Source of the DNA: Cirrosporium novae-zelandiae
Lineage: Eukaryota
Direction: 5' to 3'
Assembly: GCA_026023565.1 (NCBI GenBank)
Contig: JAPETS010000010.1
Span: 1 to 64,000 of the forward strand
DNA: 64,000 nt
In this document: positions 62,224 through 64,000 of the stretch, piece by piece
How positions within the stretch are numbered: position 1 is the first letter of the stretch
Layout of the letters: each line of letters starts with the position of its first letter
Notes under the pieces: generated by a model
Seen by the model: only the letters and a program-made list of their open reading frames with translations
Told to the model about the DNA's origin: nothing
The model's database searches: none
Made by a program: the position numbers and the translations under genes

Positions 62224-64000
62224 ATGGATTCTCCCGATGTGCAAGTACTGTACTCACAGCCTTACCGCCCAAATGGCTCCGATGATTGGGAAAAGTACAA
62301 GGCAACAATTGCAGAGCTATACCAAGCCAATGAGCTCAGACTTGTGATGAAAGAGATGGGAGTACGGCATCACCTCAAGGCTACGTATGTCAATATATGC
62401 CATTGTTGTCGCTGGAAAGCTTTTAATTCTATTTCAGTGAACGTCAGTACAAGGCAAAGCTACGTGAGTGGGGCCTTGACCGCAAACATATCAAGGGCCC
62501 TGAATATAAGTACATGGTCCAGAAAAGAGCAAGACGTAAACAGAACGAGGGGAAGGAGACTCAATTCTATATCGGAGATAAAGCCGTCAGCTCTGCAAAC
62601 ATCCAACGTTACATTAAGAGGAATAAGATCGACGAAAATAACATATTTTCTAGTATTGGTAAGGATCCTTTCTGTAGAACTCGATGAGTCTCATTGTGTT
62701 GCTAAGTCTTATTTACAGTGGCGACACCGCGAGGGTTTACCTACCTCACACCACCTAGCACCTTTAAAACGATAAACGGGACAACCGAGCCTTCCTGCGC
62801 CAATCTACCCAACCACTCCGGCCCTCCATGTCGGAGGGATGGTGTTGGCCCTAGCCCCCTTGGGAGAGCACCTCCGAGTTCTGTTTACCCTAACAGAAGC
62901 ATACAACAATCATCGATGCCACTCAGCCCTTCATGTGCTTGGATGGAAAGATTTGTTAAACTTTCAGGATCAGTGATCAGCAGTCCCGTTCTGCAAAATA
63001 ATGAATTTGGGAAGAGTGTTAGTCCTATATTTACTAGCACCATCTCTCCAATTTTCTCGTATCTCGACAGAAGCATGCAAAAAACGTCAAGCCCATCCAA
63101 TCCTTCAGCCATATCATATAATACTTGAATGGAAGATTTTGTTAAACTTTCTAATGCATTTACAAGGAGTGTTATTCCTACATATGCTGGCAGAGGCTTT
63201 TTAACATCCTCGTACCCTAGCAAAAACATGCAGCAACGCTTTTCGGGCATACTTGATGACGTGAGAGGACTGATTTCGATTATCTCAAGTCAAACGAACA
63301 TATATGACGCTCCGCAAGATCATAGACTTCTCAGTGCACTCCTCAATATGCTCAAAACTCCGACTAATTATTGTTGCGACAGATATGGGTACATAATCCA
63401 GAATGAGATATTTCACGCTACCCATGGCTGTAATGATTGCAAAATATTACGAACTACGCTTGACATGCTTAGGAACGAACAAAGAATAAAATGACTAGAA
63501 GAAATGATTAGTCCCAACATTGATAAGGATGCACAACAAGCATACAATGATCTTCTATTGAGAGTCATATCATGGACCGGGTTATTCTGTGAACGTGAAG
63601 AATATATGGGACAAATTCAAGAAACCCTGGAATCCGCCATTGCTGACCTACGTAATGAATCCGCATTTACCTCTAGCTACTACCCGATTCACGCAATTCT
63701 AGCATCGTACTATATTGTGCGTGGAGAACATGAACAAGGCAAACAAGCAGGGGGATTGACATTTGAAAAGAGAATGGAATATCTCAGAACTGCTCGTTTG
63801 TTACAGCATCGCTGCTGGCGATGCCAGCTCGGAGCATTGAAAGTTCTCCCACCTAATATTCTTTCCCGTTGGGAGGACATGGGTAAAACGAAAGACTCGG
63901 TCTTAGAGAAGGCAGTAGGGAAGTTTGGGATAGTACCATGGATTATCAGAGCCATGATCGGGTTGCCAAACGGAAGAATGAGAGTGTGGATGATAACTGT
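62224..64000 (+). CDS. Clr5-domain protein (3'-partial) with two in-frame TGA codons; pseudogene or recoded gene
   Basis: DWEKYKATIAELY...VMKEM...HHLKAT|ERQYKAKLREWGL is a Clr5 domain; two introns; TGA at 63126-63128 and 63492-63494; frame then open to the window end. Confidence 0.8.

Noticed and set aside
1..64000. tRNA, rRNA or spliceosomal snRNA genes; secondary-metabolite cluster
   Set aside because: No cloverleaf or conserved rRNA/snRNA signature seen by eye, and no PKS, NRPS or terpene synthase. Intron-containing tRNAs could be missed without tRNAscan-SE.

Overview
Eukaryotic DNA from a filamentous ascomycete (Pezizomycotina), judged by short GT-AG introns with CTAAC-type branch points, a Zn2Cys6 factor and a Clr5 domain; genus cannot be assigned. 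Recognisable genes in order: exportin-T (los1), xylulokinase, mitochondrial CDF transporter (mmt2-like), class II sirtuin, secreted Vps62-like protein, deoxyribose-phosphate aldolase divergent from a Zn2Cys6 factor, Dcr2 phosphoesterase, Trm61-like tRNA methyltransferase, Yju3-like lipase, Ccr4, two SDRs, a flavin-reductase-domain protein, mitoribosomal bL31m, Vps5 and a Clr5-domain gene running off the end. Between them lie decayed genes, a dispersed repeat pair and low-complexity DNA. Best leads: (1) the 3' part of a Ty3/Gypsy-like element with no RT/RNase H/integrase between protease and LTR, carrying an intact three-exon antisense Cys-rich (DUF3716-like) gene that the ORF track misses; (2) a DERA/Zn2Cys6 head-to-head pair sharing a CGG-rich 293-bp promoter; (3) a Clr5 gene with two in-frame TGA codons and no frameshift, one opposite a Trp of an internal repeat and one in TGA-CTAG context; (4) a 685-bp intron holding two hairpin domains; (5) a His-Me-finger nuclease-like relic. 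All family calls come from manual translation and motif recognition; no searches were run.
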